Source: Macrostomum lignano (taxonomy: Eukaryota). From it: a stretch of DNA of 64,000 nt. Positions within the stretch are counted from its first letter, which is position 1. Each line of letters begins with the position of its first letter. The stretch spans positions 124,001 to 188,000 of the forward strand of contig NIVC01000527.1 in NCBI GenBank assembly GCA_002269645.1. Direction: 5' to 3'. Shown piece by piece: positions 11,425 to 26,000 of this stretch. Below the pieces are notes generated by a model. That model searched no databases. It was not told the origin of the DNA and was given only the letters and a program-made list of their open reading frames with translations. Made by a program: the position numbers and the translations under genes.

Positions 11425-12756
11425 CAAGGGGCACTTAAAAAGTTCTAAGCCTGACTAAGATTCCATGGTCACAAAGTGCTAAAAACCTATGCTCTAAAAC
11501 AATATATTAATAGTCTTTGACAAAATTTTCAGCTCTCTAGGCATTGCTTAAGTTCCATAGCACCTTAATACTTCTAGCTACTTATGGCAAATTCTCAAGA
11601 ACTGAAGACTAAGTATAGGGAAATAATCAAATTCCTGATCTTAGAAAGCTCAAAACCTATTGAAATCCAAAGTTGTATGGCTGGTGTGTATGCTGGGGCT
11701 GCCCCCTCATATGTCACTATCAAGTGTTAAGAATCCGAGTTCAAGTGTGGCCACAACTCTAGAAGATGACCCTCAATGTGGATGCACTTAGACTAGGCCT
11801 ATTATCATTGCTGACAATATCCTATGTATCCAGACCCTAGTTGATAGATAGCAACTAATAGGTAAAGGTCAGGGAACTTGCAGTAGACACTAGGCTCTTT
11901 GACCACAGGTTATTAAGATCCTATACTAGCATCTTTATTTGTCAAAGGTCTTAGCCTAATAGATCCCACAAATCTTGACAAGTGACCAGAAATCTACACA
12001 GTTACAATATACAAAACTTGTCTTGCAAACTTACGATCTAGATCCTGCTAGCTTTCTATCTTGCTATATGACTGGTGATGAGACATGGATCCACCACACC
12101 ACCATGTCCATGATCCCAAGTCAAAGGAAGAGTTGAAGCAATGGTTGCCACTTGGTTCATCTGTAGGCCTATCATTAAAGACATAGTCACATAGATTGTA
12201 TCTGTATGCAGTGCAGGCAAGATAATGCTCACTATCTTTTGAGATGCCAAAGGCCCACTGCTGCTGGACTTTCTGCCACATAAGCAAACAGTCGCAGGTG
12301 CCTACAACGCCAATCTGATCACCTATCTATGCACAGCAATCAAGGAAAATCAATAAAGAATGCTAACCATGGTATAGTACTACTGCACAACACTGCATCT
12401 GCCCATACCAATGGGCTGGCAAAGGCAGCTGTCAGCATTGCAGGATTCTGAGAGCTGCCCTACCCTGCCCATTCACCAGACCTTGCCCCTAGCAACTTTC
12501 ACTTGTTTTTGCATTTTAAGCACTTGGCCTAGGCACTTATAGGCAGCAATTCAACACTGATGATGCACTGAAAGATGATGCAACCTCCTGGTTAGAGGAG
12601 TGCTCAATTTAGTTCATTCAGAGTGGCATCAAAGCACTGCAATCAAGATGTCACAAGTGCATCTTGGTCAAGGGAGACTATGTAGAAAATAGCTGAATGC
12701 ATTTGCCCAAATTCTCTCTCCTTCACACCAAGGCTCAGAACTTTTTAGTGCCCCTC
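11425..12756 (+). mobile_element. Degenerate full-length mariner (Tc1/mariner) transposon
   Basis: TIRs lie at about 11425-11452 (TA-CAAGGGGCACTTAAAAAGTTCTAAGCCT) and 12731-12756, about 1.33 kb apart. Transposase remnants include TGDETWIHH, SAGKIMLTIF*DAKG, HSPDLAPSNFHLF and CILVKGDYVEK*, with several stops. Confidence 0.9.
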
Positions 12757-13428
12757 AGGGCCTCATATATTTTATAAGTCTAATATCTCTAATAAAAATG
12801 AAATATAAGAATAAATATAAATGTCTAGGTTAAGGTTAATAGTGTCCTAGGTTTTTTTCTGGTGCTAGGATGTGAAATCGCATCTAAGCCGGACTAGGTC
12901 TAAATTCGATTTGGAAAGTCAGGATGTATATAAGGCCTAGCACTATAGCAGCACTCCCCATTGGCCTAAACATGCAAACTTTTACTCTGCAATTTATTAT
13001 GCCCATTTAGCTTTAGTTTTTGTAGCATTTCTGACAACTGGAACCCTGGAAACCAGTCATTTCGGAGAAAACAAAAGTCATATTGACAAACTTTTTGGTC
13101 GAAAATAAAAAACGAAAATAAAAAAGGCGAATAGAGTAAGTCCATCTAAAAAAATTATTACTGAAAAATGTTTGTGCCCTTTAATATTTGTTTTCTCTAA
13201 AATTAGCAAAAAAATGAAGCTTGATTTTAAACCAGCATCATATGCGACAAAAATTCAAAATTATGCTTTTCCTAGAAAAGAGGAAAATGTTATAATTGAC
13301 CGTAATCACTATACAAACAATAATTAGAATTTTTGTGAAAGTCGTTACATTACTTTTTTTAATCTGTTGGTGTAAGATTGACTGTCTACAGCTTTTGTTA
13401 TCAAGACAACCTTTTTCATTCAGTACTA

Positions 13429-16400
13429 ATGATGGATGATTCATATATTCTGAATATTCTGATTGTTGGATTTCATCACAAGCGGGGAGTTCAAGTAAGT
13501 GTGTGGGCCTAGCCCCCAAGGCCTAAATCTAAGTGTAAAAATACTTTTTTAGAGAATGGATTTGTTATTGTGTATGTAGTGAATTAAAATTCCTCTTTAT
13601 AATGGACAAGCTAAATGATAAAAACACTTTTATTCCTAGTCTACTATATAAATTATAACATGATTAAAAATATAGTATGGCTTAAAACACCGTTAGCTGT
13701 AGGGCTTTTTTAAATATATTAGAAAATACTTTAGATTTTATTACAAGGAAAGCAGTACAAGGAGTAGGCCTTTTTGCAGTTAAGGGTAACTTTAGTTGCA
13801 TTTAAAGGTCTTTTAACAATATTTCCATTTAGGGCTAGGGCCTATTTTGCAGAAGCATTCGTTAAATTATTTTTTCAATGGGAATAACTTGCATCTTAAC
13901 TTTTGAGTTTAGAACAATGTAAGAAAGTAACATTGAAATGACAAAATGTATACTAGATGCTGAGTTAGTTTGTTATATTTATAGTCACATCTTTACGAAT
14001 TCCAGCACTGGGACAAACATCTTGAGGTGGCACAATCCATGTTGGGATAGAAGGTTATCCAGCCATTTTGAAGTGAAGAGCACTTGAATCCCAGTATTCT
14101 CAGCTTGGCAGCTAAAATTTCTAACCCCAAGCCTATCTCCCTTTAAATGCACAGAGTTGATGTAGTGATTTTGGCCATAGACATTTTCTCAAACTGTAGT
14201 TCATGCCATACATGCCCAACCTCCAAAATTTGGTCAGCCGTGCAACTTAGTTTTAACAAAAATGCAATATAGTTTTTGGCCAAAAATGCGACTTACATGT
14301 AAAAAAAACCTGAAAGCAAAATTAATGCAACTTTGGGTAAACGGCAGGAGTAACTATGACTGTCTTAAAAAGCCTTGTCAGCTATTTAGTACTACTTCTT
14401 TGTGTTTTTTTGGGTGGGCATTTTTGCAACTTCCTTGGGTGGCTGCCAAATTGGTCGGCCAGATCGGCCAACTTGGCCGACTGTTGCGCATGTATGGTTC
14501 ATGCCATGCCACATCACTTTATTATTAAGGGCATGCCAACAGACATCATTTTTTTGGAATTATGGACATGTTACCATGCGAATTCAGATGCATGTTTGCA
14601 TTAATTTTGCCCAATATTCACCTAGTACTACTAGGTTGTCCACTATTACCTACTTGGCCACTCACTCTGAATATGTCAAGTATGTGAAGACATGACTATA
14701 GCAAACTAACTTGGCATCTAGTTTACATTTGTCATTTCAATGTTACTTTCTTACATTGTTCTAAACTTTAGAGTTAAGACACAAGTTATTCCCATTGAAA
14801 AAATAATTTAATGAATGATTCTGCAGGATAGCCCTATTTAGTAGGCCTATAAACTTTTAAAAATTAATTGGGCTAGATTTGAATTTATCTTCTTTATAAT
14901 TAGATGCATATTATCTAGTTAACAATGTAAGTATAATATGTATTGGTTTTTGAATTAATAATCTAGCCTATATATAAATAATAAGATAGGTCTATAGGCC
15001 TACTAATTATTCAATAATTAAGTTATATATGTATAAAGATGCAGAATTTAGAATCATCATTATTTTAACAAACTATGAATCTCTATCAAATAAAAAAGTT
15101 ACAATAGGAATTATAGCTATTTTTGCCTAATAACAACTTATGTTTTTTTTCAATAGAAATGGCCAGGTGAAGTCTAAAATTGTATAGTTATATGAAGGTC
15201 ATATATGAAATAACAACCTGTTCTAATATATTAGAAAAATTATTTTTTTGGTATAAATACTTATTGGGAAGCCATATAAGTATATAGTCATATATATTTT
15301 AATGCCTAAAAGCTTATGTCATAAGCATTATTAGGAAAAATCTTTCAAGTCTTCTAAAACTTTTAAGTCTATCCCAATTACTAGACTTTTTGAAAGGTAT
15401 ATGAATTGTATAGATGACAATAGATTAGCCTATTTATATAAATCATGCATGCATAACCCTCTTGATTTATACTGGTTATGCAACTCACTTTTTGACTGAA
15501 AATGCAACTTACCTGTAAAAGAAACTGTAAAGCAAAAATTAACCAAATTTTGGGTAAATGACAGCAGTAGCTATCATTGTATTTCTAAGGCTAAATGCCT
15601 CATTATCTAATTAGTACTGTCTATATTTTGGGTAGACATTTTTTACACTTACCTTGGCTGGGCCCCTTGCTAGCTGACAGGGTTGGCCAGGTGTTGTGCA
15701 TGGATGATATAAACACAATAATGTATTTATTTGTAATTTTGTTATTTGTAATCTGTATGAGAGAAAAGATGACAATAAATAGCAAAAAGAAGAGTGAGAG
15801 GAAAATGAGAGGAAAAGAGTTAAGGTATGAAAGGACTAAGAGGAAGATTAAACAAAAAAATTTTTTGGCTAGCATTTATGTTTGGAAATGTATATTGCAT
15901 TTGCTTAAGTATGTCATATCTAATATACTAAAAATTGCAACTCTATAGTTGCTATTTGCTAAGGTTTAAGAGCTGAATATGATATGAAGAACTTATGGGG
16001 CAGGGTACAGGTTGTCTACCCTTGTCTAGTACCTTAACTAAATTTAGCAAAACTATATATATACTTATATTTTAGTTGGAGTACTGCTATCCGCCACTAT
16101 TTCCTGGTCAAGGCCACGATGCCAGCGAGCTGCCAGAGGAGTGGCAAAATCTGCCATATTTGGCCCTGCCAGATGGAGCCCATAATTATGAGCAGGGTGC
16201 TTTTCTTTGATTATTATTGAATATGATCATTGTGTATCAGTTGAATAGCTTAATCTGTGTTACTAATGTGTTATGTATGTTATTATTTATTCCAGATCAT
16301 GTCTATTTTGTGCTGCCATCTCTGACAGATCGTGAACGATCTGTGTTTTGTGTGGCTTGCTACAGGCAGATCGACTCCGATGTGAGATTGCTGCGGTACA

Positions 16401-19400
16401 TCATATCATGGGGGGTAGATGTGGCCTGTTGGAGGATCATTGGGATAAATGTGGTCTGCTAGGGGATCATAGGGATAGGTGTGTGTGGTCTGCTAGGGGA
16501 TCATGGGGATAGGTGTGTGTGGTCTGCTAAGGGATCATGGGGATAGGTGTGTGTGGTCTGCTAAGGGATCATGGGGATAGGTGTGTGTGGTCTGCTAAGG
16601 GATCATGGGGATAGGTGTGGTCTGCTAGGGGATCATGGGATAGGTGTGGTCTGCTAGGGGATCATGGGGATAGGTGTGGTCTGCTAAGGGATCATGGGGA
16701 TAGGTGTGTGTGGTCTGCTAGGGGATCATGGGGATAGGTGTGTGTGGTCTGCTAAGGGATCAAGGGGATAGGTGTGGTCTGCTAGGGGATCATGGGGATA
16801 GGTGTGGTCTGCTAGAGGATCATGGGGATAGGTGTGGTCTGCTAGGGGATCATGGGGATAGGTGTGGTCTGCTAGGGGATCATGGGGATAGCCGATAGGT
16901 GTGGTCTGCTAGGGGATCATGGGTCTTCCACAATAGCTTAGTAGATGCGGTTAATTGAGTCTCCTGCGCAACAGGTGAATAGAAATCCAGGTCCTCTCTG
17001 TTCCCGCAGAAGCTGGTATCCAAGTCCGAGGACGTGACGCGCAGCTCGGTGCAGAAGTCTGTTGTCGTAGTCAGCCGGGCTCCGCTATTTGGCGCCATCA
17101 GGCAGCGGCTGAGTCACGTGGCCGAGTCCTACTTTGAGCTGCGCGATTTCAGTCGAGTAGAAATTATGGAGGAAACTTTTATGGATTTTAAACGAGCTGT
17201 CACTAAGAATTCTGTGTCTACTCAGGTGTTTTCAGGTATAGTTGCTTGCTTTCATCGCCAATTCTAGATAAAAACTTGGCCTAATGGAGCGTCCTGACAT
17301 CCCAGATTCCCACTTCTATGTCGGGGTTATTATGTACGAGCGTAAGATAACGTCGGAATCTGTACCTTAACCACTGAGATTCATACCCTAACCACTGAGA
17401 GTCATGTCCTAATCACTGAGATTCATGCCCTGATCACTGAGATTCATGCCCTAATCACTGAGATTCATGCCCTAACCACTGAGATTCATACCCTAACCAC
17501 TGAGAGTCATTTCCTAATCACTGAGATTCATGCCCTAACCACTGAGATTCATGCTCTAATCACTGAGATTCATGCTCTAATCACTGAGATTCATGCTCTA
17601 ATCACTGAGATTCATGCCCTAATCACTGAGATTCATGCCCTAACCACTGAGATTCATGCCCTAACCACTGAGATTCATGCCCTAATCACTGAGATTCATG
17701 CCCTAACCACTGAGATTCATGCCCTAACCACTGAGATTCATGCCCTAATCACTGAGATTCATGCCCCAACCACTGAGATTCATGCCCTAATCACTGAGAT
17801 TCATGCTCTAATCACTGAGATTCATGCTCTAATCACTGAGATTCATGCCCTAATCACTGAGATTCATGCTCTAATCACTGAGATTCATGCCCTAATCACT
17901 GAGATTCATGCCCTAACCACTGAGATTTATGCCCTGACCGCTAAAAGTCGTCTTTAATAAGCCTATAATAATATTATAATCCTGGAAATTTTACTCATTG
18001 CAAATAGGCTTATCAGTCAAGGAACTGCTGCTGCGCTACCGTCAAAAGCTGCTAGTGCTGTTTAAACTGATCCTGTTGGAGCGTCGTGTTCTGGTGCACA
18101 TGAACCCGGCCTCGCAGCTTGGCAACACTCTGCTGACTCTGGCTTCTCTGTATCCGAGCCTCATTGAATGCGGCCTCAGCCGCTGCGGCGCTGTCTTCAA
18201 GAGTCGCTATAATTTTCGGTGCGTTTCATTTTTGAAGATGACACTTCTACACGCGAAGTTGATGTGCCAGCCTCCCAGATCCTCAGTTGCTGTGCCAGCC
18301 TCCCAGATCCTCAGTTGCTGGGCCAGCCTCCCAGATCCAAAGTTGCTAAGCCAGCCTCCCAGAGTGTCAGTTGCTGGGCCAGCCTCCCAGATCCTCAGTT
18401 GCTGTGCCAGCCTCCCAGATCCAAAGTTGCTAAGCCAGCCTCCCAGAGTGTCAGTTGCTGGGCCAGCCTCCCAGATCCTCAGTTGCTGGGCCAGCCTCCC
18501 AGAGTTTCAGTTGCTGGGCCAGCCTCCCAGAGTTTCAGTTGCTGGGCCAGCCTCCCAGATCCTCAGTTGCTGGGCCAGCCTCCCAGATCCTCAGTTGCTG
18601 GGCAATATAAGTAATAGTTAGGTGACAAAACCTTTTTCTCATTCCAGAAATCTCTCCGACTCCGACTTTGTGAGCATCGAGCGTGACACCGACGCTTTGC
18701 CGTCGACGGCGGCTTCGCCAACTACGCCGACTCCACCGCCGCCGCCGTCAACACCGGCATCGAAGGAGTCGCAGCCGCACGGCCGCCTTCAGGACGCGCT
18801 GGGCGGCGCCGCCACCGGCCTCATCTCCAGCGTCCGTGCCGGTATCGCCCGCGTCTCCAGCGCCGGAATTCCAGGCGCGGCTGCAGCGACAGCGGAGCAT
18901 CCGGCTGCTGAACCGCAGCAGCAGCAGCAGCCTCGATCGCCGTCTCCACCCCCTCCGCGAAGCCCCTTTGACATTGACGACTGCGGCTTCCCGCTGGCCC
19001 TGTTCGCCGAGTCGGCCATCTTCCTGCCCTACGTGTCACTGCAGCAGATCGGCCTGCTAGAGGACGCCAACGTGCGCGCCTGCCTGCTCGGCGCCAACAA
19101 TGTACTTTTCAGGCAGCCGCAGACTCGGCGCCGAATCGACGCTCTGCTTGGCGCCGACGCCGCCGATTTCGCCATCTACGACCGCGGCCTGGCCCGCCTG
19201 CTGCGGCTGACCGGCCCCGACGAGGCGTTCATTCAGCGCCTGCTGGATAAGGCGACGTCGGCGGGCGCGGCAACGGCTGATAATGCCGACGGAGAGCTGA
19301 CGCTGGAGGATGAAGATCTGTTTGCTGGATCCGGTAGGGGCTTTTAAGACACATACCTCCCAGATCCTCAGTTGCTGGGCCAGCCTCCCAGATCCTCAGT

Positions 19401-22400
19401 TGCTGGGCCAGCCTCCCAGATCCTCAGTTGCTGGACCAGCCTCCCAGATCCTCAGTTGCTGGGCCAGCCTCCCAGATCCTCAGTTGCTGGACCAGCCTCC
19501 CAGATCCTCAGTTGCTGTGCCAGCCTCCCAGATCCTCAGTTGCTGTGCCAGCCTCCCAGATCCTCAGTTGCTGGGCCAGCCTCCCAGATCCTCAGTTGCT
19601 GCGCCAGCCTCCCAGATCCTCAGTTGCTGGACCAGCCTCCCAGATCCTTAGTTGCTGGACCAGCCTCCCAGATCCTCAGTTGCTGTGCCAGCCTCCCAGA
19701 TCCTCAGTTGCTGGACCAGCCTCCCAGATCCTCAGTTGCTGGACCAGCCTCCCAGATCCTCAGTTGCTGGGCCAGCCTCCCAGATCCTCAGTTGCTGGGC
19801 CAGCCTCCCAGATCCTCAGTTGCTGGACCAGCCTCCCAGATCCTCAGTTGCTGGGCCAGCCTCCCAGATCCTCAGTTGCTGGGCCAGCCTCCCAGATCCT
19901 CAGTTGCTGGGCCAGCCTCCCAGATCCTCAGTTGCTGGGCCAGCCTCCCAGATCCTCAGTTGCTGGGCCAGCCTCCCAGATCCTCAGTTGCTGGGCCAGC
20001 CTCCCAGATCCTCAGTTGCTGGGCCAGCCTCCCAGATCCTCAGCTGCTGGGGCATCGCCGCCCTCCTTGGGATTTTAAAATTCCCCGAAAAACTCCCTAT
20101 ATACTACTTGTTTTGGCGCATGTGTTATTAGTCAGCCTAGCGCCGCTATTTTAGTCTTATATTTCTATTTCGCTACTCTGCAGAATGGGAAGGCTCAGAC
20201 GACTGGCTGCGGGCCCAGTTTCGCGCCTACCTCACCGCTTTGCTACTGACGGCCGACTCCAGCAGCGGCGCCGCTGGGGCCGAGCCCGCCGCCTCCAACT
20301 CGTCTCTCGACGAATCCGGAGGAGGAGGCGGCGGCGGCAGCGGCTCGTCCAGCGAGGAAGGCGACTTCAACGCCAGCTACGTGCGAGCCCTGCGGGCCAC
20401 CTTTCACTATCGGGCCTGGCTAGCCGGTCCGCGCCACGGCCTTGCTGGCGCGTCCAGGCGGCATCCCTGTCACGGTCAGAGCGCGCTGGGCGTCAGGCTG
20501 AACCAGTGAGCGGTGACTTGGCTTTGTGTTTCTGTATCGGGCGAGGCATGCGAAATTGAAGTTAAAGACAGGATTGGCGGCCTGAATTGGCCCAACTTAG
20601 CTGCAGGGAGATCCAATGGGAAGTAGAGAGAACAATGAGAACTTAAAAAGTAGATAGAATCGGGAGAAGTAGAGAGAATGGTGAGAAGTTTAAGCTTTCT
20701 ACATGATTTTGGACTTTCGTTTGATTTGGGACTTGTGCTTAAAGATTTGACAGATGTAAGTCTAAATTTTGTGCTTATTTGTGTTATAATTTTTTCTTCT
20801 CCAGGTTTTTAACGGGCACAGACCAAGGCAGAAAGGTGTCTAGCGCTGTGCAGTCGACTGGCAGAGCTCTAGAAGACACCGGTAAAGTGGTTGGTAAGTG
20901 AGACGCGCCGCTTTATGAGTGCATATAGAGTTCGGCAAATGCCAGAGATCGGGAGAGGGATTGAAAGGTAGAGGGGAGACAGGTGAGGAAATGGGTGGGA
21001 GAGGGGAGACAGGTGAGGAAATGGGTGGGAGAGGGGAGACAGGTGAGGAAATGGGTGGGAGAGGGGAGACAGGTGAGGAATGGGTGGGGTGAAGTGATAC
21101 ATTTTGGCTCTAGAAAGTTCCCATCCAGATTGAATGTATTTTAACCAATGAATGCGCTCCAAATAGCAAAAGCTGAGGACACGACCCCAACCTCAACCAA
21201 TGAAAAACAGTTATGTACCATCCAATGCGATCAAGATTGAAAAGTACTATAAAAGCTCATGTTAACCAAGCAAGAAGCTCGCCTTTTCCTCGCCTTTTGC
21301 TCGCTCCGCCTCTCCTCGCCCTTTTCTCTCCTTCGCCCTTCTCCCAGCCGACCTCCTTTTGACTAATTTTGATTAACACAGTTAGGGTCTCAACCCAAAC
21401 GCCAAAACTTATAAGTCGACTTACTAAAGCCAAACCAACACCCAATCCACGTTTCACAATAGACTGAACCTTCGGTTCACCCGAACAACTAGAAACACCT
21501 TGTGACTTAAATCGAACGAGCTTCTTATTTGGAATTCCACCTTAGACATTATATTTTGTAAGATAACATCTCGAGATTGTGACCATCAAATACAACGGTC
21601 TGTAAGTTAACATCAAGTGTTTGCATCATCAGGAAAAGTCAGTTGAATCCGCCGCCTCAGTTATTTGGCTCTCACATTGATATTTGAAGTAGAACAAGAG
21701 CCATAGAAGTGAGAGACCAGAAGAAGAACAATAACATATATTTTAAAATATTTCAGGGGGGAGACATGTAAGGAAATGAGTGGGGGAGGGGAGACAGGTG
21801 AGGAAATGGGTGGGAGAGGGGAGACAGGTGAGGAAATGGGTGGGGGAGGGGAGACAGGTGAGGAAATGGGTGGGAGAGGGGAGACAGGTGAGGAAATGGG
21901 TGGGGGAGGGGAGACAGGTGAGGAAATGGGTGGGGGAGGGGAGACAGGTGAGGAAATGGGTGGGAGAGGGGAGACAGGTGAGGAAATGGGTGGGGGAGGG
22001 GAGACAGGTGAGGAAATGGGTGGGAGAGGGGAGACAGGTGAGGAATGGGTGGGAGAGGGGAGACAGGTGAGGAAATGGGTGGGAGAGGGGAGACAGGTGA
22101 GGAAATGGGTGGGAGAGGGGAGACAGGTGAGGAATGGGTGGGGGGAGACATGTAAGGAAATGAGTGGGGGAGGGGAGACAGGTGAGGAATGGGTGGGAGA
22201 GGGGAGACAGGTGAGGAATGGGTGGGAGAGGGGAGACAGGTGAGGAAATGGGTGGGAGAGGGGAGACAGGTGAGGAAATGGGTGGGAGAGGGGAGACAGG
22301 TGAGGAATGGGTGGGGGGAGACATGTAAGGAAATGAGTGGGGGAGGGGAGACAGGTGAGGAAATGGGTGGGAGAGGGGAGACAGGTGAGGAAATGAGTGG

Positions 22401-23024
22401 GGGCGGGGAGACAGGTGAGGATATGGGTGGGAGAGGGGAGACAGGTGAGGAATGGGTGGGGGAGACATGTAAGGAAATAAGTGGGGAGGGGAGACAGGTG
22501 AGGAAATGGGTGGGAGAGGGGAGACAGGTGAGGAATGGGTGGGAGAGGGGAGACAGGTGAGGAAATGAGTGGGGGAGGGGAGACAGGTGAGGAAATGGGT
22601 GGGAGAGGGGAGACAGGTGAGGAATGGGTGGGAGAGGGGAGACAGGTGAGGAAATGGGTGGGAGAGGGGAGACAGGTGAGGAATGGGTGGGAGAGGGGAG
22701 ACAGGTGAGGAAATGAGTGGGGTAGGGGAGACAGGTGAGGAAATGGGTGGGGGAGGGGAGACAGGTGAGGAAATGGGTGGGAGAGGGGAGACAGGTGAGG
22801 AATGGGTGGGAGAGGGGAGACTGATCTGATCCCCATTTTCACAAACAGGCGGCGCCATCTACAACGCCGGAAGCGCCATGTCCGGCTTTCTGTCCGGCCT
22901 GTCGTCCAAGGCGGCTTCCAGACTGTCCGGCAGTCAGTCGCAGCAGCAGCTTCAGCAGCAGCAGCAGCAGCAGCCGCCGCAACATCAGGAGATTCCACGC
23001 GAGTCTTCAATAAATTCCGGATAG
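13429..23024 (+). CDS. AVL9: Late secretory pathway protein AVL9 homolog (DENN-related), 9 coding exons
   Basis: Exons are 13429-13494, 16076-16196, 16296-16381, 17010-17235, 18008-18218, 18648-19333, 20184-20505, 20805-20893 and 22849-23024. Motifs include IVGFHHKRG, LPEEWQNLPYLALPDGAHNY, CYRQID, VQKSVVV, KLLVLFKLILLER and WEGSDDWLRAQF. All junctions are GT-AG and in frame. Confidence 0.95.
13830..14836. mobile_element. Foldback/MITE-like element with inverted arms of about 150-160 bp in AVL9 intron 1
   Basis: About 13830-13993 is the diverged reverse complement of about 14686-14836. Confidence 0.75.
16450..16925. repeat. 30/34-bp G-rich minisatellite in AVL9 intron 3
   Basis: Unit GGGGATAGGTGTG(TGTG)GTCTGCTAGGGGATCAT. 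Confidence 0.93.
17370..17935. repeat. 21-bp minisatellite (CACTGAGATTCATGCCCTAAT) in AVL9 intron 4
   Basis: Tandem repeats. Confidence 0.95.
18262..18602 (+). repeat. 28-bp minisatellite family, array 2, in AVL9 intron 5
   Basis: Same unit as the array at 8205-8725. Confidence 0.95.
19357..20050 (+). repeat. 28-bp minisatellite family, array 3, in AVL9 intron 6
   Basis: Highly homogeneous tandem copies. Confidence 0.95.
20950..22821. repeat. 29-30-bp G-rich minisatellite in AVL9 intron 8, split in two (about 20950-21088 and 21756-22821)
   Basis: Unit GGGAGAGGGGAGACAGGTGAGGAAATGGGT. About 670 bp of unrelated sequence separates the two blocks. Confidence 0.93.
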
Positions 23025-26000
23025 ACAATGCGATAATTAAACGCTAAATTTTAATTGGTAATCTTATGCATATGTCTGTTATTTTCTATCCATGATCAGC
23101 TGTTTCCAGCTCATAGTATCGCCTCGGTGTATTATTATAATTTTTGATACGATAAAAATAAATATACATATATAATCTTACTTGGATTACGGCTCGTCAG
23201 TAGGTATTTTTGTTTAACTCGACTGTCTAATTAATTCCCTTTATTGATGTTTTATTCTTGGATTATCATTATTATCAAATATAGCTACAAATTGTTATTT
23301 GATAGCATTGACATTTAGCTAGTACTGCGCATTTTTTTAATCTGCTTGATTTAATTGCAATGAGTCACAGTTTCCTAGTAATATTAGTTATTATAGTCTG
23401 AGCCCTGTAAGTGACAGCTCGAATGCTGAGTGGATGCACTTTGAAAATTCATTTTAATCTATAGTGTATTCCCTATGAAATCCATTGTGCGCGCACTGTT
23501 TCACGGAGATTAAAAAAAATTCAGTTATTTTATCTTTCCTATGTTTTTATTTTCTATTCACGTCAGTTCCTGCTTAGCAGTCAGGCGCATTCCTTATCTA
23601 ATGTTGTGAACATTTTCATAGATAGATTTGGCTAGCGTGTGCATGCGCATATTTTTGAGCAATTTCCTACACCTGAGGCTATAGTTTAATATAATGTAAT
23701 ATCCGGTTATTCGGAAAGTTCTTGCGCGAATTTTCTACGAATTAAAATTAGTCAGAGCGAAAAAGCATGATCATATGCTTGAAATTCCGAAGGATAAAGT
23801 GAAACAGCGGATGTTATGAACAATCACCCAAAAAATAAGCGCAAAAGCTTTCGGGATGACTTGATTTATTTTTGCACTGTGTTAATGAAGCATATACTAC
23901 TACACTTGAATAAATTTTAAAGTGCCTTCGTGAATTTAAGGAGTTTACAATGGTACATGCATGTAGAGATGGTCCAAACTCCACATTTCTCATAACTAAA
24001 CCGTTAAAGTTAGTGTTATTCTATGGCGCTAGTGTAGTATTTAAAACACCCTTGTGTGCTAACAGCACTGCGCCTCAGTGCGGCCTAGCTTGCTAAGCCT
24101 TTAAATTTTATCAGCACATCGGCCACATGTGTCTAGTCAGCTCTGGCTTTGTTTGTCACTGGCCTTCACCCAGGCGGAGCTTCTATATCTTCAAAATGTG
24201 CATAGAGGACTATATATGGACAATTTATTTGGAATTTCTCCGTTGTCTCTAACCAAGCTTCGATAGTGGACAAGTCTAAACTACTCTAGTAGCTCTTGAA
24301 AACTGCTTAGGCCAGCTTTCGATTGATTAAAAAACTCTGCATCGTAAGGGCGGAAGCTCGAGATGTGCAGTTGGCTTGAATAAAGCCGTAAGTGTTTCAG
24401 TCAAATATTAACAAATTGTAAGGCTTAAGCCTATTTTTCTAGTGTTTATTGCGTTAGATGCCAGTCATTTACCTTTTTATGTGCCAAATAACTAGAAAAT
24501 TTGTAGATTGAAATAAAAATCAGTAGCTGCTTGTTTTTAAAAACCGAATACGAAAATTACAACGCAGGTCTGACCCGGGGGTCTGACGTCTCACTACTAA
24601 CTACCGAATTCACCCACCAAAAAGACACCCCCTTAATGTTTTAAAAAATATCGATTGAAAAAATACTTAAACTGTCGAGCAGAAGAGCGCAATTCTTGCG
24701 CGTCTAATTATACTTTTTAATTAGCTCTATTTTTTATCATAGTCGTCTCACTCTCACTATGCATTTAGTTCCTCATGGTCAGCCTGCTGTAACCTCCAAG
24801 TATCATCTAGGACCTTATCACCATTTTATTGTTATTAGCGAGCCCACGATGGGTCAAGTAAATAACATTGAGATTAGGGAATTCAGTGAGGGTCCTTTGA
24901 CTTGCCAAAAATACAAATTGCATGCAAAGGTCAAATTTAAATGCAAAGTAGGTTCTTTGCCTTCGCAATGCAAATACATTGACGAAAAACAATAACAAAT
25001 AAATTAAAAAAAGAAGAAGAGAGATACTTTTCTCATGGGGAAATATTTTTATAAATGTACGTTACATTGTTTTTATTTAGATAATAACACTATCATTTTC
25101 TTAAAAAGATTTAGGCCCAGCCTAATAAAAATATAAAGCTGACATTAAATAGGGCCTATTAATGAAAAACTAAGGGCTTACATAGTTTTAAAATTGAAAT
25201 AACTTATTGTAAATAATGCATTGTAAAAAATCCTTATCTTATTAAAGGAAGAGCCAACCAATGTAATATAATAGTTTTTTATTCTTAACTAACTTAACTA
25301 ATACTAATGTTTTTTTAGATAACATTGAAATTTTGAAAAAAACGTCTTTTTATCAGCAGGCTTTGTTGCCCTAAGTTAGAAAGCAACCTTTATTATTCCA
25401 AATTATATATATTCTCAAAAGCAAATAAAAAATTAACCTAAGGATAGACCTATCAATATTAGCTATAGAAAAAAAATATATTTCATAGTCCCTTTATATA
25501 TTTTAAGTTTTTTGTAGGTAGGGCCTATTGTTTCAAGGGTTTTGGCTATTTTGATTGTATAGGTCTAGGGCACAATTGTTTAAGGTACAATATAGCTTTT
25601 ATATATCTTTTTGAAAATGTGTTATTTGATATGATTAAAACAAAATTACCTTAATTTGAATGGCAAAGACTAGTGGCAATATGTTAAATTTCAACTAGTG
25701 TCAAAGCTTTCTTCAACTTTATAGCATTTGCCAAATTGGCTAGGCCTATTGCCAAAATAGATTGTTGCCAAATCCATTGGAAGCCAGCTTGTTATGAGGT
25801 AGTAGACTTCTCATAGATCTTAAAATAGCTTGTTTTGGGTAAGAATTAGGAAAGAATAAATCAAATATTAATATATATATTTAAATTAATTTTTAATTGA
25901 TTTTAATATTTTTCTTTAACTTTTCAGATATTTGACAAGTTCTTTTTATTAGTGTAAAGGATCTATAGGTCATTGAATCCTTGTTGGTATTCAAATTCTC

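Noticed and set aside
19310-20154. Long ORFs with [28 protein letters not shown] repeats (also 8146-8683, 18219-18614, 44642-45658)
   Set aside because: These are translations of a stop-free 28-bp minisatellite that is open in all three frames and lies inside well-supported introns.
21661-23028. Pro/His-rich and Gly/Glu-rich ORFs of 100-455 aa (also 50683-51657, 53399-53724, 6723-6956, 9042-9326)
   Set aside because: They are translations of tandem repeats with no domain content.
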